From: Pirellulaceae bacterium
Lineage (GTDB): Bacteria > Planctomycetota > Planctomycetia > Pirellulales > Pirellulaceae
Direction: 5' to 3'
Assembly: GCA_041748895.1 (NCBI GenBank)
Contig: JBGTCJ010000551.1
Span: 1 to 52,405 of the forward strand
DNA: 52,405 nucleotides
Shown here: positions 35,937 to 44,861 of the stretch, in pieces
How the letters are laid out: each line of letters opens with the position of its first letter
Numbering within the stretch: the stretch's first letter is position 1
Program-made: the position numbers and the translations under genes
The notes under the pieces: model-generated
What the model was told of the DNA's origin: nothing
The model's input: only the letters and a program-made list of their open reading frames with translations
Databases searched by the model: none

Positions 35937-36833
35937 TTAGAGACGACAGTTCATGATCGGCATTTCGAGAATGGCGGTTGCACCGAGGGATTCGAGTCGT
36001 TCCATCACACTGATCACATCCTTGCGGCGAACCATCACGCGAACGGCGCGAAGTCGCGGGTCCTCCAACGCCGAAACGGTCGGCGAGTTGAATCCCGGCG
36101 TCAGCTTTTCGGCTTCGGCCAGCGCCGCGTGCGGGATGTTGTATTCGAGCAGCGAATAGTCGCGAGCGATCACGACGCCCTCGAGGCGGCGGACCACGCG
36201 ATCGGCCATGTCCATCGCCAATCCAGAACGGTTTTGGATCAGAACCGTTTCAAAATTGCCGATTTCTTCGAGGATCCGCAAGCGATTGGCCGCCAGCGTG
36301 CTACCGGTCTCAACCAGATCGACGATCGCATCGGCCACACCGAGTTGGATCATCACCTCGACCGATCCGGATAGTGAAACCAGATGAACGCTGGCGCCAT
36401 TTCCCGCTAGGTGACGTTGGGTGATAGCCGGAAAACTCGTTGCGATCCGCAGCCCGCCCAGTTCGGCTGCCGACCGATAGGGGGCATCATCGGGAACGCA
36501 GATCGCCAAACGACATTGTCCCACGCCGAGTTTCATTCGCACATCGACCTCTGCCCCTGACTCTTCCAGCAGGTCGCTCCCGGTAATTCCCATATCGATT
36601 GCGCCCTCAGCACAAAGCGTGGGAATGTCGTCGGTCCGCAAGAATGTCAACTCGATCGGTAGCCCGCTGACCTTCGCGAACAGGGCTCGGTCCTGACGGC
36701 GAAACTTAAGGCCAGCCTGAAGCAACAATTCACCAGCCAATTCGCTGAGTCGACCCTTACTCGGAAGTCCGATTCGGAGGTGTCGCGACGGCTCAGGCAT
36801 TTTCGGTTCGGCCAACTGGGATGAATGGGTCAA
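35937..36833 (-). CDS. hisG: ATP phosphoribosyltransferase, long form
   Basis: 298 aa. Family blocks include LRIGLPSKGRL, DMGITGSDLL, RIATSFP and DLVETGSTLAAN. A C-terminal regulatory domain is present (RVMVRRKDVISVMERLESLGATAI). Confidence 0.92.
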   Translation of the reverse strand: MTHSSQLAEPKMPEPSRHLRIGLPSKGRLSELAGELLLQAGLKFRRQDRALFAKVSGLPIELTFLRTDDIPTLCAEGAIDMGITGSDLLEESGAEVDVRMKLGVGQCRLAICVPDDAPYRSAAELGGLRIATSFPAITQRHLAGNGASVHLVSLSGSVEVMIQLGVADAIVDLVETGSTLAANRLRILEEIGNFETVLIQNRSGLAMDMADRVVRRLEGVVIARDYSLLEYNIPHAALAEAEKLTPGFNSPTVSALEDPRLRAVRVMVRRKDVISVMERLESLGATAILEMPIMNCRL

Positions 36834-36879
36834 TGACCGCCAAATTGAACGTCGGCGGCGTGGGTGGAATGCGGACGAT

Positions 36880-37263
36880 TCAGGGCGTCGTGGGGCGATC
36901 GACCCGCGGGCGATCGACGCGATCGGGAGAGCTAACCCTACCGGCTTTTTCGATCAAGCCCGAGGTGCCCTCGCGACGCGCCAGTTCGGCGGCGACCTCG
37001 TCGAGCGTCACGCCCCGCCAGGCGAGCAGTACCAAGGTGTGGTAGATCAGATCGCCGGCTTCGTAAACGAAGTGATCGCGACCAATGTCTCCAGCTTCTT
37101 CCGACGCCTCAATCAGCTCGCTCGCTTCCTCAAGAATTTTCCCGCCAATCTTCTCGGGTCCACCTTCAATCAATTTGGTGGTGTAAGAGTTCGCCGGGCG
37201 CGTCGCGACACGCTCAATCAGCGTCTTCATCAGGCGATCAAGCGGCAGCAGCGAATTGGGCAT
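36880..37263 (-). CDS. hisE: Phosphoribosyl-ATP pyrophosphatase
   Basis: 127 aa. Family blocks are SYTTKLIEGGPEKIGGKILEEASELIEA and EAGDLIYHTLVLLAWRGVTLDEV. There is a ~25-aa Pro/Arg/Asp-rich C-terminal extension. Confidence 0.9.
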   Translation of the reverse strand: MPNSLLPLDRLMKTLIERVATRPANSYTTKLIEGGPEKIGGKILEEASELIEASEEAGDIGRDHFVYEAGDLIYHTLVLLAWRGVTLDEVAAELARREGTSGLIEKAGRVSSPDRVDRPRVDRPTTP

Positions 37264-37444
37264 GGGGGTCCATTGCGTGGGGGAACCGCAAAAGGGAACA
37301 TGTTAGGCCGCGCCGGCTTAACTGCCAACACGACGTCAACCTTCATTTCGCTGCCGCCCAACGGGGGGATCGCGGAGAAGCGGCGCCGCAGGCCAGTGAC
37401 CGCAGCCGTTGACCGCTTTCCTGCTTCGCAACCGGATGGACGCC

Positions 37445-38302
37445 ATGAAAATCGCAAAGTTTTCCGTGTTGGGTGCCAATTGCATCGGCATCGTTGGTGA
37501 ATCGATCGTCACGCCGCTGGACTTAAGGGCGGGTGGGTTCACATCCCTGGCCGATCTCCTGGCCGCTGACAATCCGGCCGCGGCGGCCGAGTCGCTGCCC
37601 AAAGGTGATGCGATCGGCCACGGAAATGTTTCGTGGCTCCCCCCGATCGATCACCAGGAGGTTTGGGCCGCAGGCGTGACCTACAAGCGAAGCCAAACGG
37701 CAAGGATGGAAGAGTCCGAGGCCGCGGCGTCTTGTTATGACCGTGTCTACACGGCGGAGCGTCCCGAGATTTTCTTCAAGGCCACCCCCAGCCGTGTTCG
37801 CGGGCACCAGCAGCCGCTGAGGATTCGCAGCGACGCAAACTGGAACGTGCCTGAACCGGAGGTGACTCTCGTTCTCAGTCCTAAAATGAAGATCGTCGGC
37901 TTGACCGTCGGCAATGACATGAGCTCCCGAGATATCGAGGGCGATAACCCGCTCTACCTCCCGCAGGCGAAATGCTACGACGCATGCGCGGGTCTGGGGC
38001 CTTGGATCGCGCTGCTAGACCCCCTTCCCCCGGTGGAAGCGATCGGCATCGATCTGCAAATCGTGCGCGGTGGCGACGTGGTCTTTTCGGGTCAAACCAC
38101 CGCCGCGGAGATGGCCAGGCCGTTCGATGATCTGGTCCAGTGGCTATCGAGAGAAAACGTATTTCCCGATGGCGCGTTCCTGATGACCGGAACGGGAATC
38201 GTTCCCACCAGCGAATTCACGCTTGAGCCGGGCGACGTCGTTCACATCACGATCGATGGCGTGGGGACACTCAGCAACCCGATCATTCGAAGTGCGAACT
38301 AG
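37445..38302 (+). CDS. Fumarylacetoacetate-hydrolase-family dehydratase, 2-keto-3-deoxy-pentonate (KdaD)-like
   Basis: 285 aa counted from the ATG at 37445 (MKIAKF...). It shows long colinear similarity to my recollection of archaeal 2-dehydro-3-deoxy-D-arabinonate dehydratase: RPEIFFKATPSRV, NVPEPEVTLVL, ENPLYLPQAKCY, PDGAFLMTGTGIVP and ITIDGVGTLSNPI. Confidence 0.78.
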   Translation: MKIAKFSVLGANCIGIVGESIVTPLDLRAGGFTSLADLLAADNPAAAAESLPKGDAIGHGNVSWLPPIDHQEVWAAGVTYKRSQTARMEESEAAASCYDRVYTAERPEIFFKATPSRVRGHQQPLRIRSDANWNVPEPEVTLVLSPKMKIVGLTVGNDMSSRDIEGDNPLYLPQAKCYDACAGLGPWIALLDPLPPVEAIGIDLQIVRGGDVVFSGQTTAAEMARPFDDLVQWLSRENVFPDGAFLMTGTGIVPTSEFTLEPGDVVHITIDGVGTLSNPIIRSAN

Positions 38303-39197
38303 ACATTGGGCGAGACTGCGGCACGGTGGCTTGCTCACCGTTATCATTCCGCGCGATATCCTGCGACTGAATATCCTGCGGATCGGTTGGCGGTCGATGA
38401 TCGCCCCCTGGCATCGAAGTGCCTTTCTCGACCGCCGGCAACGGACGCACTTTTTGGGTTTCGTCGGCAAAGCGATCGCGAAGTTGACGATAGCGGCGCT
38501 CGAGAATGACTACCAATACGAGAATCAGCCCGAGTCCCCCAAACTTGATCCACGGATTGTCCTTGTCGATCCATTCCCCCAGCAGGTCCGAAAAGTAGAA
38601 CATGATCGTGTTGCCCAGTAGGGCGCCAATCAGAATGCCACAGAAAGTCGCAAACCGACTCATGCCAAGGAGGCGGCCAAAAATCGAACCTCCGACACTC
38701 CCCGTCGCTGCCAGGGGGAATCCGACGAAGGCGATCAATCCGAAGAATGTCGCCTTGCGTATCCAGGGGTGTGCATCGAGTACAAAGTGCCCGTCGGTCA
38801 CCAATGCCGCGATACGCGTACCGACAATCGGAAGCCGGAACAGGAATCCGATGTGGAACGCTAGCACGATCGCCGCCATGACGTCGAGGTAGCAGACGAT
38901 CGCGTAGAGATGCTCCGAGGCGAGCGCGCCATTGGTGTCAGAGAATTCTCCACTGGTGCCCGAAAGGATGATGAACCGCCCAAGCACCAAAAGTGCCACC
39001 GCGACGGACGTGACCACACGAAAGGTGAACGCCCAGCCCGTGTAAATCGTCAACAGCGTTAAAAGCAACGCCGTGAGCAGAAACGGGCCGTACAGGGTCG
39101 CTGCCCAAAAAACCGGATGAGACCGGCGGAACTGCTCTTCGCTCGAATGAAGGTCATCGGCGCGGATCGCTTCGAGCGACGATGTGATGCGATTCAT
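38283..39197 (-). CDS. Polytopic membrane protein, possibly small-multidrug-export-like (COG2426-type)
   Basis: 304 aa with about 5-6 hydrophobic helices. FPLAATGSVGGSIFGRLLGM resembles the PLPGTG motif of that family, but the recollection is weak. The C-terminal tail is hydrophilic. Confidence 0.45.
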   Translation of the reverse strand: MNRITSSLEAIRADDLHSSEEQFRRSHPVFWAATLYGPFLLTALLLTLLTIYTGWAFTFRVVTSVAVALLVLGRFIILSGTSGEFSDTNGALASEHLYAIVCYLDVMAAIVLAFHIGFLFRLPIVGTRIAALVTDGHFVLDAHPWIRKATFFGLIAFVGFPLAATGSVGGSIFGRLLGMSRFATFCGILIGALLGNTIMFYFSDLLGEWIDKDNPWIKFGGLGLILVLVVILERRYRQLRDRFADETQKVRPLPAVEKGTSMPGGDHRPPTDPQDIQSQDIARNDNGEQATVPQSRPMSSSHFE

Positions 39198-39496
39198 CTC
39201 GTTTCAGACAATAGGGTGAGTCCTTCGACCCACCCCGCCATCGGTGAGAACTCCAAGTCGAAGGGAAACCCGCGTGGTCGGTGATCGAGGACTCATTCTG
39301 ACAAAAACGGCAGATCTCACCAGCCGTCTCTGCGCGGCGACCCTTTCACAGACTGCAAGGCGACCAGCGGGCACGGCAGCGTAGAATTTGGGCAATCACC
39401 ACGACAAGTGATCGATTCTCCCAGCTTCTCCAGTATGCTGTTTCTACCCGTTCACGCTAGGCTCGGGAAAAAATCGCTCTCGCACACCACAACGAT

Positions 39497-40888
39497 GTGA
39501 ACAGAATGAAGATCCGCGGTAGGTGGATATTCCCGCTCCTTTTGGCAGGAGCAGCTGTGGGCCATGCGTCGGCGATTGCGGACGCGCCCGCGTCTAGCGC
39601 AAGCCGTCCCGGCGAGCGCGACGCCATTTTCCAGGGGGCGATCGAGAAACTGTATCCGAAGCTCATTCAAACTCGCCGCGATTTGCATCGGCACCCGGAA
39701 CTTTCTAACCAAGAGGAGAGGACGGGTCGGTATGTGGCGCTGCGACTCCGCGATCTCGGTTTGAAGGTTCAAACGGGTGTTGCCGGCCATGGCGTGGTTG
39801 CACTTCTGGAAGGCACAGGTGCGTCGGGCGCGGCCGGCTGCGTCGCGGTCCGCGCCGACATGGACGCGCTCCCGATCACGGAGCTGGGTGACAAGGAGTA
39901 TCGTTCGGAAAAGGCTGGCGTGATGCACGCCTGCGGACACGACGTCCACATGACCTGCGCGCTTGGCGTCGCCGAACTGCTTTCGCAACATCGCGACCGG
40001 GTCGCGGGGACGGTAAAGTTCATTTTCCAGCCGGCAGAGGAAGCGATGCCAGCAACTTATCCGGATGATTGGGGGGCGAAATTGATGGTCGCCCAAGGCG
40101 TGCTGGAAAATCCGCGCCCCTTGGCGATCTTTGGGCTCCACAGCACCCCCATTGCCGCGGCCGCCGACGGTCCTGACAGAGGTGTCGACGCGCCGCTGGA
40201 GGCCGGCCGGATCGGCTACTGCCGCCAGGCCGCGAGTGCCACCAGCGATCGATTCCAGATCATCATCAAAGGGAAGCTTGCCCACGGATCGGCGCCGCAC
40301 AAGGGCGTCGATGCGATTGCCGTGGCGGCCCAGGCGATTCAAGCCTTGCAGACGATTCGGAGTCGACAAACCAACACCCTCGATCCTCTGGTCATTACGG
40401 TTGGCATGATCCAAGGCGGCACGCGTGAGAACATACTCGCCGATCGTGTGGAAATGTCGGGAACGGTACGATCCTTTAGCAACGACGTTCGTGACTCGGT
40501 CGTGGAAATGATGCACCGCGTGCTGTGTGGCGTGACGGAGGCGCATGGTGCGAGTTACGAGTTGAACTATCGAAAGGGGTACCCTTCAATCTTCAACGAC
40601 GACGCCCTGACCGACAGCTCGGTCGAAACGCTCGAGAGAATTTTCGGACCACAGAAGGTGGTGCAAACGATGGCGGGGATGGGTGGCGAGGATTTCTCTT
40701 ACTTCTCCGAAGTTGTCCCGGGGTTCTACTACAAGCTCGGCGTCGCCAACGTCGAGCAGGGGATCGTGGCGAGTGTCCATACGGCGGACTTCGATATCGA
40801 CGAAACGTGTCTCAAGGCCGGCGTGGGATCGATGGCGGCCTTGGTATGCGATTACTTGGACCAGCTCGCCGACCCACCCACTCGCTAG
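39497..40888 (+). CDS. M20D-family amidohydrolase (N-acyl-amino-acid amidohydrolase / hippurate-hydrolase-like), exported
   Basis: 463 aa with a signal peptide (LLLAGAAVGHASA). Family blocks are RRDLHRHPELSNQEERT, MHACGHDVH, FQPAEE and a dimerisation-domain block. Confidence 0.88.
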   Translation: MNRMKIRGRWIFPLLLAGAAVGHASAIADAPASSASRPGERDAIFQGAIEKLYPKLIQTRRDLHRHPELSNQEERTGRYVALRLRDLGLKVQTGVAGHGVVALLEGTGASGAAGCVAVRADMDALPITELGDKEYRSEKAGVMHACGHDVHMTCALGVAELLSQHRDRVAGTVKFIFQPAEEAMPATYPDDWGAKLMVAQGVLENPRPLAIFGLHSTPIAAAADGPDRGVDAPLEAGRIGYCRQAASATSDRFQIIIKGKLAHGSAPHKGVDAIAVAAQAIQALQTIRSRQTNTLDPLVITVGMIQGGTRENILADRVEMSGTVRSFSNDVRDSVVEMMHRVLCGVTEAHGASYELNYRKGYPSIFNDDALTDSSVETLERIFGPQKVVQTMAGMGGEDFSYFSEVVPGFYYKLGVANVEQGIVASVHTADFDIDETCLKAGVGSMAALVCDYLDQLADPPTR

Positions 40889-40925
40889 CGTCAACACACG
40901 GCTGGCGAGCAATCAACGCTCGATC

Positions 40926-41642
40926 CTAGACCAGTTTTCCGTCCGCTAACTCGACTTGCCTCGACATGGCCTCGGCAAGCGATTGGCTGTGCGTGACGAC
41001 GACCAACATCGCATCGGCTTGCTGTTGAAGTTCCAACAGCAACCGCGTGATCGTCTCGGCCGTATGACGGTCAAGGTTACCCGTCGGTTCGTCGGCAAGC
41101 ATCAAGTCCGGTTTGCAAAGCAGTGACCGGGCGATGGCGACGCGTTCGCGTTCGCCCCCCGATAACTCACCGGGAAGGTGATTCGCCCTGGAGGACAACC
41201 CGACGCGTTCAATCAACTCGACCGCTCGATCACGATCCGCGGCCGTGGCCGAGCGCGTCGCCAACGCAGGGATCAGCACATTTTCTAAGACGCTCAGCTG
41301 CGGTAACAGATGGTGGTCCTGAAAAATGAACCCGATGTGTCGGTTTCGGAAGGCGGCCAGTTCGTTCTCCCCGAGCTCAAATGGGTTGGTGCCCGCGATG
41401 CGGACAGTGCCCGAATCGGGGCGATCGAGCGTTCCCAGGATCTGCAGCAGCGTGCTCTTGCCGCTCCCGCTGGGCCCAACGATCGCAAGTGAATCGCCGG
41501 GCCGCATCTCGAGCGAAAGATCGCTGAGTACACTCAGCGGCTGGCCCCCAAGCGAATAAGATTTTTCGAGTGCCCGTACCGAGAGGCCAACCTCGGAGCC
41601 GCCGCCCCGATTCATCTCGTCATTCGGATCGTCGGTCTTCAC
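40926..41642 (-). CDS. ABC transporter ATP-binding protein (LolD/MacB/FtsE-type), no adjacent permease
   Basis: 238 aa. Walker A is GPSGSGKSTLL. The signature is LSGGERERVAIARSL. Walker B is LADEPTGNLD, and the H-loop is VVTHS. The start overlaps the upstream stop by 4 nt. Confidence 0.9.
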   Translation of the reverse strand: MKTDDPNDEMNRGGGSEVGLSVRALEKSYSLGGQPLSVLSDLSLEMRPGDSLAIVGPSGSGKSTLLQILGTLDRPDSGTVRIAGTNPFELGENELAAFRNRHIGFIFQDHHLLPQLSVLENVLIPALATRSATAADRDRAVELIERVGLSSRANHLPGELSGGERERVAIARSLLCKPDLMLADEPTGNLDRHTAETITRLLLELQQQADAMLVVVTHSQSLAEAMSRQVELADGKLV

Positions 41643-42646
41643 TTAGCGGTGCCCCCCATCTCGATTGATTCCGCGTCGCCCTCGAGCGTTTCGCAAAGCG
41701 CCAGCAAGCCGAGGCCGTAGAACGTGTACTCGACGTCCGTCTCTTGATCGTACGCGAACCCTGAGAAGCCGCCACGATCGGACCGATCGGATGTTCCCCC
41801 GGCCGTCCCGGCCCCCACGCCGCGATGTTCCATCTGACGAGCGTATCGCTTCAAACGTCCGATGTGGACGCCCGCGTGGGCGTCAAGGTCGGCGAGTGTC
41901 AACAGACCGGTAAAGCTACTGAGCAGATCGGCCATCGGAATTCGATCATTTGCCGCCAATCCACCCTCATCGGTTTGCATCTCCTGGAGAAACTCGGCGG
42001 TCGAGATTTCTCGCGCCGCGTCGAGGCAACCGAGCGTCTTGAGCGTACCGATGCCGGCAGCCGTCGGATTGACACCCGCCCGTTTGGCAACGCGGATCTC
42101 TCGGAATCCACCGTCGGACTGTCGCTGCGAATCGAGAAAAGCGAGGATCCGCTCGGGCTGCGGTGGCGCACGATCGATCAACTCGTAGCAAAGCAAATTC
42201 AAGAAGGTTTGGTACGTGCTTCCGGCCGCTCCATCGGGTGTTTTGGCGTAACCGCCATCGCTGCTTCGCAACGTCTCGAGTGTGGACGCAAAATCGTCGC
42301 GTAGACGGTCGTCGACTGGAAACGTCTCAACGCCGCGGGTCAATTCGAGGATCGAAGCGGCCATCACGAGTGAGATCAAGTCGATGATCCCCAGCCGCCC
42401 ACCGACTTGGCTACGGAGGTAGGTCGCGGCGCGCTGGGCGATCGAATCATCGATTCCATCGACAAGCAAAAGGCCCCGAAGACCGAAAGCGGTGTAATAG
42501 GGGTCGCTCGCACCCTCGCGGCCGGCGAATCCGCCATCATCGCGCTGCTTGGCCCACAGCCAAGAGCGATGCCGAAGGCGAGTGTCCTCGTCCAATTGGC
42601 TGGCGCCGTACGCTAGTCGTAGCGTCAACTCCTGCAGGTAACTCAC
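41639..42646 (-). CDS. Prenyltransferase / squalene-oxidase-repeat (alpha-alpha barrel) protein
   Basis: 335 aa with repeated DGGF/DGGY/EGGL motifs spaced about 45-50 aa apart (QRDDGGFAGREG, SSDGGYAK, QSDGGFRE, TDEGGLAA, DRGGFSGF). This pattern is typical of protein-prenyltransferase beta-subunit / terpene-cyclase repeats. Confidence 0.75.
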   Translation of the reverse strand: MSYLQELTLRLAYGASQLDEDTRLRHRSWLWAKQRDDGGFAGREGASDPYYTAFGLRGLLLVDGIDDSIAQRAATYLRSQVGGRLGIIDLISLVMAASILELTRGVETFPVDDRLRDDFASTLETLRSSDGGYAKTPDGAAGSTYQTFLNLLCYELIDRAPPQPERILAFLDSQRQSDGGFREIRVAKRAGVNPTAAGIGTLKTLGCLDAAREISTAEFLQEMQTDEGGLAANDRIPMADLLSSFTGLLTLADLDAHAGVHIGRLKRYARQMEHRGVGAGTAGGTSDRSDRGGFSGFAYDQETDVEYTFYGLGLLALCETLEGDAESIEMGGTAK

Positions 42647-44382
42647 GCGGGCGTCGCCTGAAGATCAACGGTGTCGACGCTGTCGCCGACCGGTTCCACC
42701 GCGTTGAGCGTTCGTTCGATCACAACGATGCACATGTCATCATCTTGCGGCCCCTCGCCGACGAAATCGCGAACCTCCTCAACGATCCGATTCATGATCA
42801 CCTCAGCACCGCCGCCTTTGGCGACGATCTCCCTGATCCGCTGGATCGAGAACTGTTCGTCAGCCGCATTCATCGCTTCGTTGATTCCGTCGGTATAAAG
42901 TACCGCGACGTCCCCGGTCCGCATGTCGACACCGACCGATTCGTAGCTCATTCCGCCGTCGATCGCGATCGGGAGGCCCGACTCTTCCTCGCCAGGTTCG
43001 AAGATCGACAAATCGTGCTTCGCCCAAACGACCGGCGCCATATGCCCGGCGTTGACAATCTGTACCTGATCTTGATTCGGGTCGATCACCATCAACAAAA
43101 AAGTCACGAATCGTTCGATATGCAGGGCGCTCATTCGGTCGTTGAGCCGTTCCACGGCGCGGGCGATATCGGGGTCGGCCGCGAGGCAAAATCGCGTCTC
43201 GGCCGATAACTTGGCCATGAACATGGCTGCGGCGACCCCGTGTCCGACGACGTCGGCAACGACGATTGCCCAGCGTCCCCCGGGCAAGGGAATGTAATCA
43301 AAGTAGTCACCGCCGATGTACTGCGCGGCTTGATAAAAACTGCACAACCGGTACCCACCGATGTCGGGTGCGACTTGAGGCAAAAATGCCGCCTGCACTT
43401 CCGTTGCCAAGCGGAGGTCCTGTTCAACCTCTTGCTGCTGCAAAGCCCTTTCGTGAAGCTGCGCGTTGCGAACCACGATCGCCGCTTGGCCCGCGACACC
43501 CGCGAGCAAATCGACATCCTCTTCGCGAAATTGGCCTCGCCCCTCCGTCGAATCGACTTGCAACGCGCCAAACGCCACACCGTCGGCGTCGATCAACGGC
43601 GCGCACATCATGCTCTTGATGCTGAAGTCGGCGATCGATTGGCTCGAATCAAACCGTTGATCGTTCGAAGCATCGAGCGAGAGGATTGCGGTCCCACTGG
43701 TCATCGCCTCGCGAATGATCGTGCGGCTGATGCGAACACTCTGCGTCTCGTCTCGGGTGCGGCGCGTTTTGACCCACCTCGGGACGAGGTTGCCCGAGGC
43801 ATCCTTCATGACCACAAATCCGCGGTCGGCCTGCGGAAAAATCTCGAAGAGGCTCGTCAATACCTTGGGCAGTACATCGTCCAATCCGAGCGAGTGGCTG
43901 AGGTTGGAGTTGATCTTCATCAACGCCGCGAGTTTCGCCTCGGGCGTTGCCGAAATCTTCAACCCGTCCACGCTGCTTCTAAATTCGACCTTCGAGATCG
44001 GCAGATTCTCGGTCGGCTCGTCATCGACCATCGTGACGCCAAAATTGGCGCCGTCAAACGTCATTGCCGCCCCGGCGAGGAACTCGGGAACGGCGTCATC
44101 ATGGAACGTCAGCTCCACCTCACAAATCCGAACACGATCGCCCTCCCGAAGCGGTTCCTCATCGGCGATCAACTGTCCGTTGAGAAACGTCCCATTGCGG
44201 CTGCCTTGATCAACCAACATGAACTGGTTGCCACGAAGAATGACCTTCGCGTGAAAACGGCTGACCGCCCCAACCTCCACCACGATGTCGCAATCGGGAT
44301 GGCGACCAATCACCGTTTCGCCTTCCTTGAGTTCAAAACGGTTGGTGCCATTTTTCTCGTCCGGTACGGTCATGAACGCCAT
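42643..44382 (-). CDS. FHA - GAF - PP2C (SpoIIE-type) serine/threonine phosphatase
   Basis: The FHA domain reads ETVIGRHPDCDIVV...SRFHAKV...DQGSRNGTFLNG. A GAF-like middle region follows. The PP2C blocks are GGDYFDY, VVADVVGHGVAAAM and VLYTDGINEA. I prefer the ATG at 44382 (MAFMTVPDEK). The ORF track's 44763 start adds 127 low-plausibility residues. Confidence 0.85.
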   Translation of the reverse strand: MAFMTVPDEKNGTNRFELKEGETVIGRHPDCDIVVEVGAVSRFHAKVILRGNQFMLVDQGSRNGTFLNGQLIADEEPLREGDRVRICEVELTFHDDAVPEFLAGAAMTFDGANFGVTMVDDEPTENLPISKVEFRSSVDGLKISATPEAKLAALMKINSNLSHSLGLDDVLPKVLTSLFEIFPQADRGFVVMKDASGNLVPRWVKTRRTRDETQSVRISRTIIREAMTSGTAILSLDASNDQRFDSSQSIADFSIKSMMCAPLIDADGVAFGALQVDSTEGRGQFREEDVDLLAGVAGQAAIVVRNAQLHERALQQQEVEQDLRLATEVQAAFLPQVAPDIGGYRLCSFYQAAQYIGGDYFDYIPLPGGRWAIVVADVVGHGVAAAMFMAKLSAETRFCLAADPDIARAVERLNDRMSALHIERFVTFLLMVIDPNQDQVQIVNAGHMAPVVWAKHDLSIFEPGEEESGLPIAIDGGMSYESVGVDMRTGDVAVLYTDGINEAMNAADEQFSIQRIREIVAKGGGAEVIMNRIVEEVRDFVGEGPQDDDMCIVVIERTLNAVEPVGDSVDTVDLQATPA

Positions 44383-44861
44383 AAGCGATCCTGTCAGTGA
44401 TGCGTCCCCCCTGACGTCGTAGGATGGGGAAACCGAGCGAGGGGAGTGTTGAACGACGACGATCTGAAGAACCGGATTGTAGAAAGATCTCCGCTCGCAC
44501 TCAATGAAGGCACCATTGCACCGACTGCCGCCAGAGCGGACGGGATCGCTCGGTACCAGGACGCTGGCGAAAAATCGACTCGACACGGATGTTCGGGTCG
44601 AATGGGAAGTCCGGGGAACTTGCGAATGGCAATACGAGTCTATCGATTGAAACGGTTGTAGCGAATTTTCCGATTTTTCATCCGTTTTGGCAAACTTTGC
44701 CGCCGTGTCAGTCCGATGTACATCGTGAACCAGGTGGTGAGCCGCTTTTCCAGGGCGCTCCATAAGGTTCAGCCGGGGGGCAGAAACAGAAGAGTACCGA
44801 CCGGGGGCGCGTCCTTCTCGCGTCCACCCTAAGTCATTTCACCTGCCATTGGTGTGCGAAC

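Noticed and set aside
44383-44763. N-terminal 127-aa extension of the FHA-GAF-PP2C ORF, using the start at 44763.
   Set aside because: The extension (MERPGKAAHHLVHDVHRTDT...SRFFASVLVPSDPVRSGGSRCNG...) has no domain character. The FHA domain begins right after the ATG at 44382 (MAFMTVPDEKNGTNRFELKEG), so the shorter model is more plausible. This is not proven.
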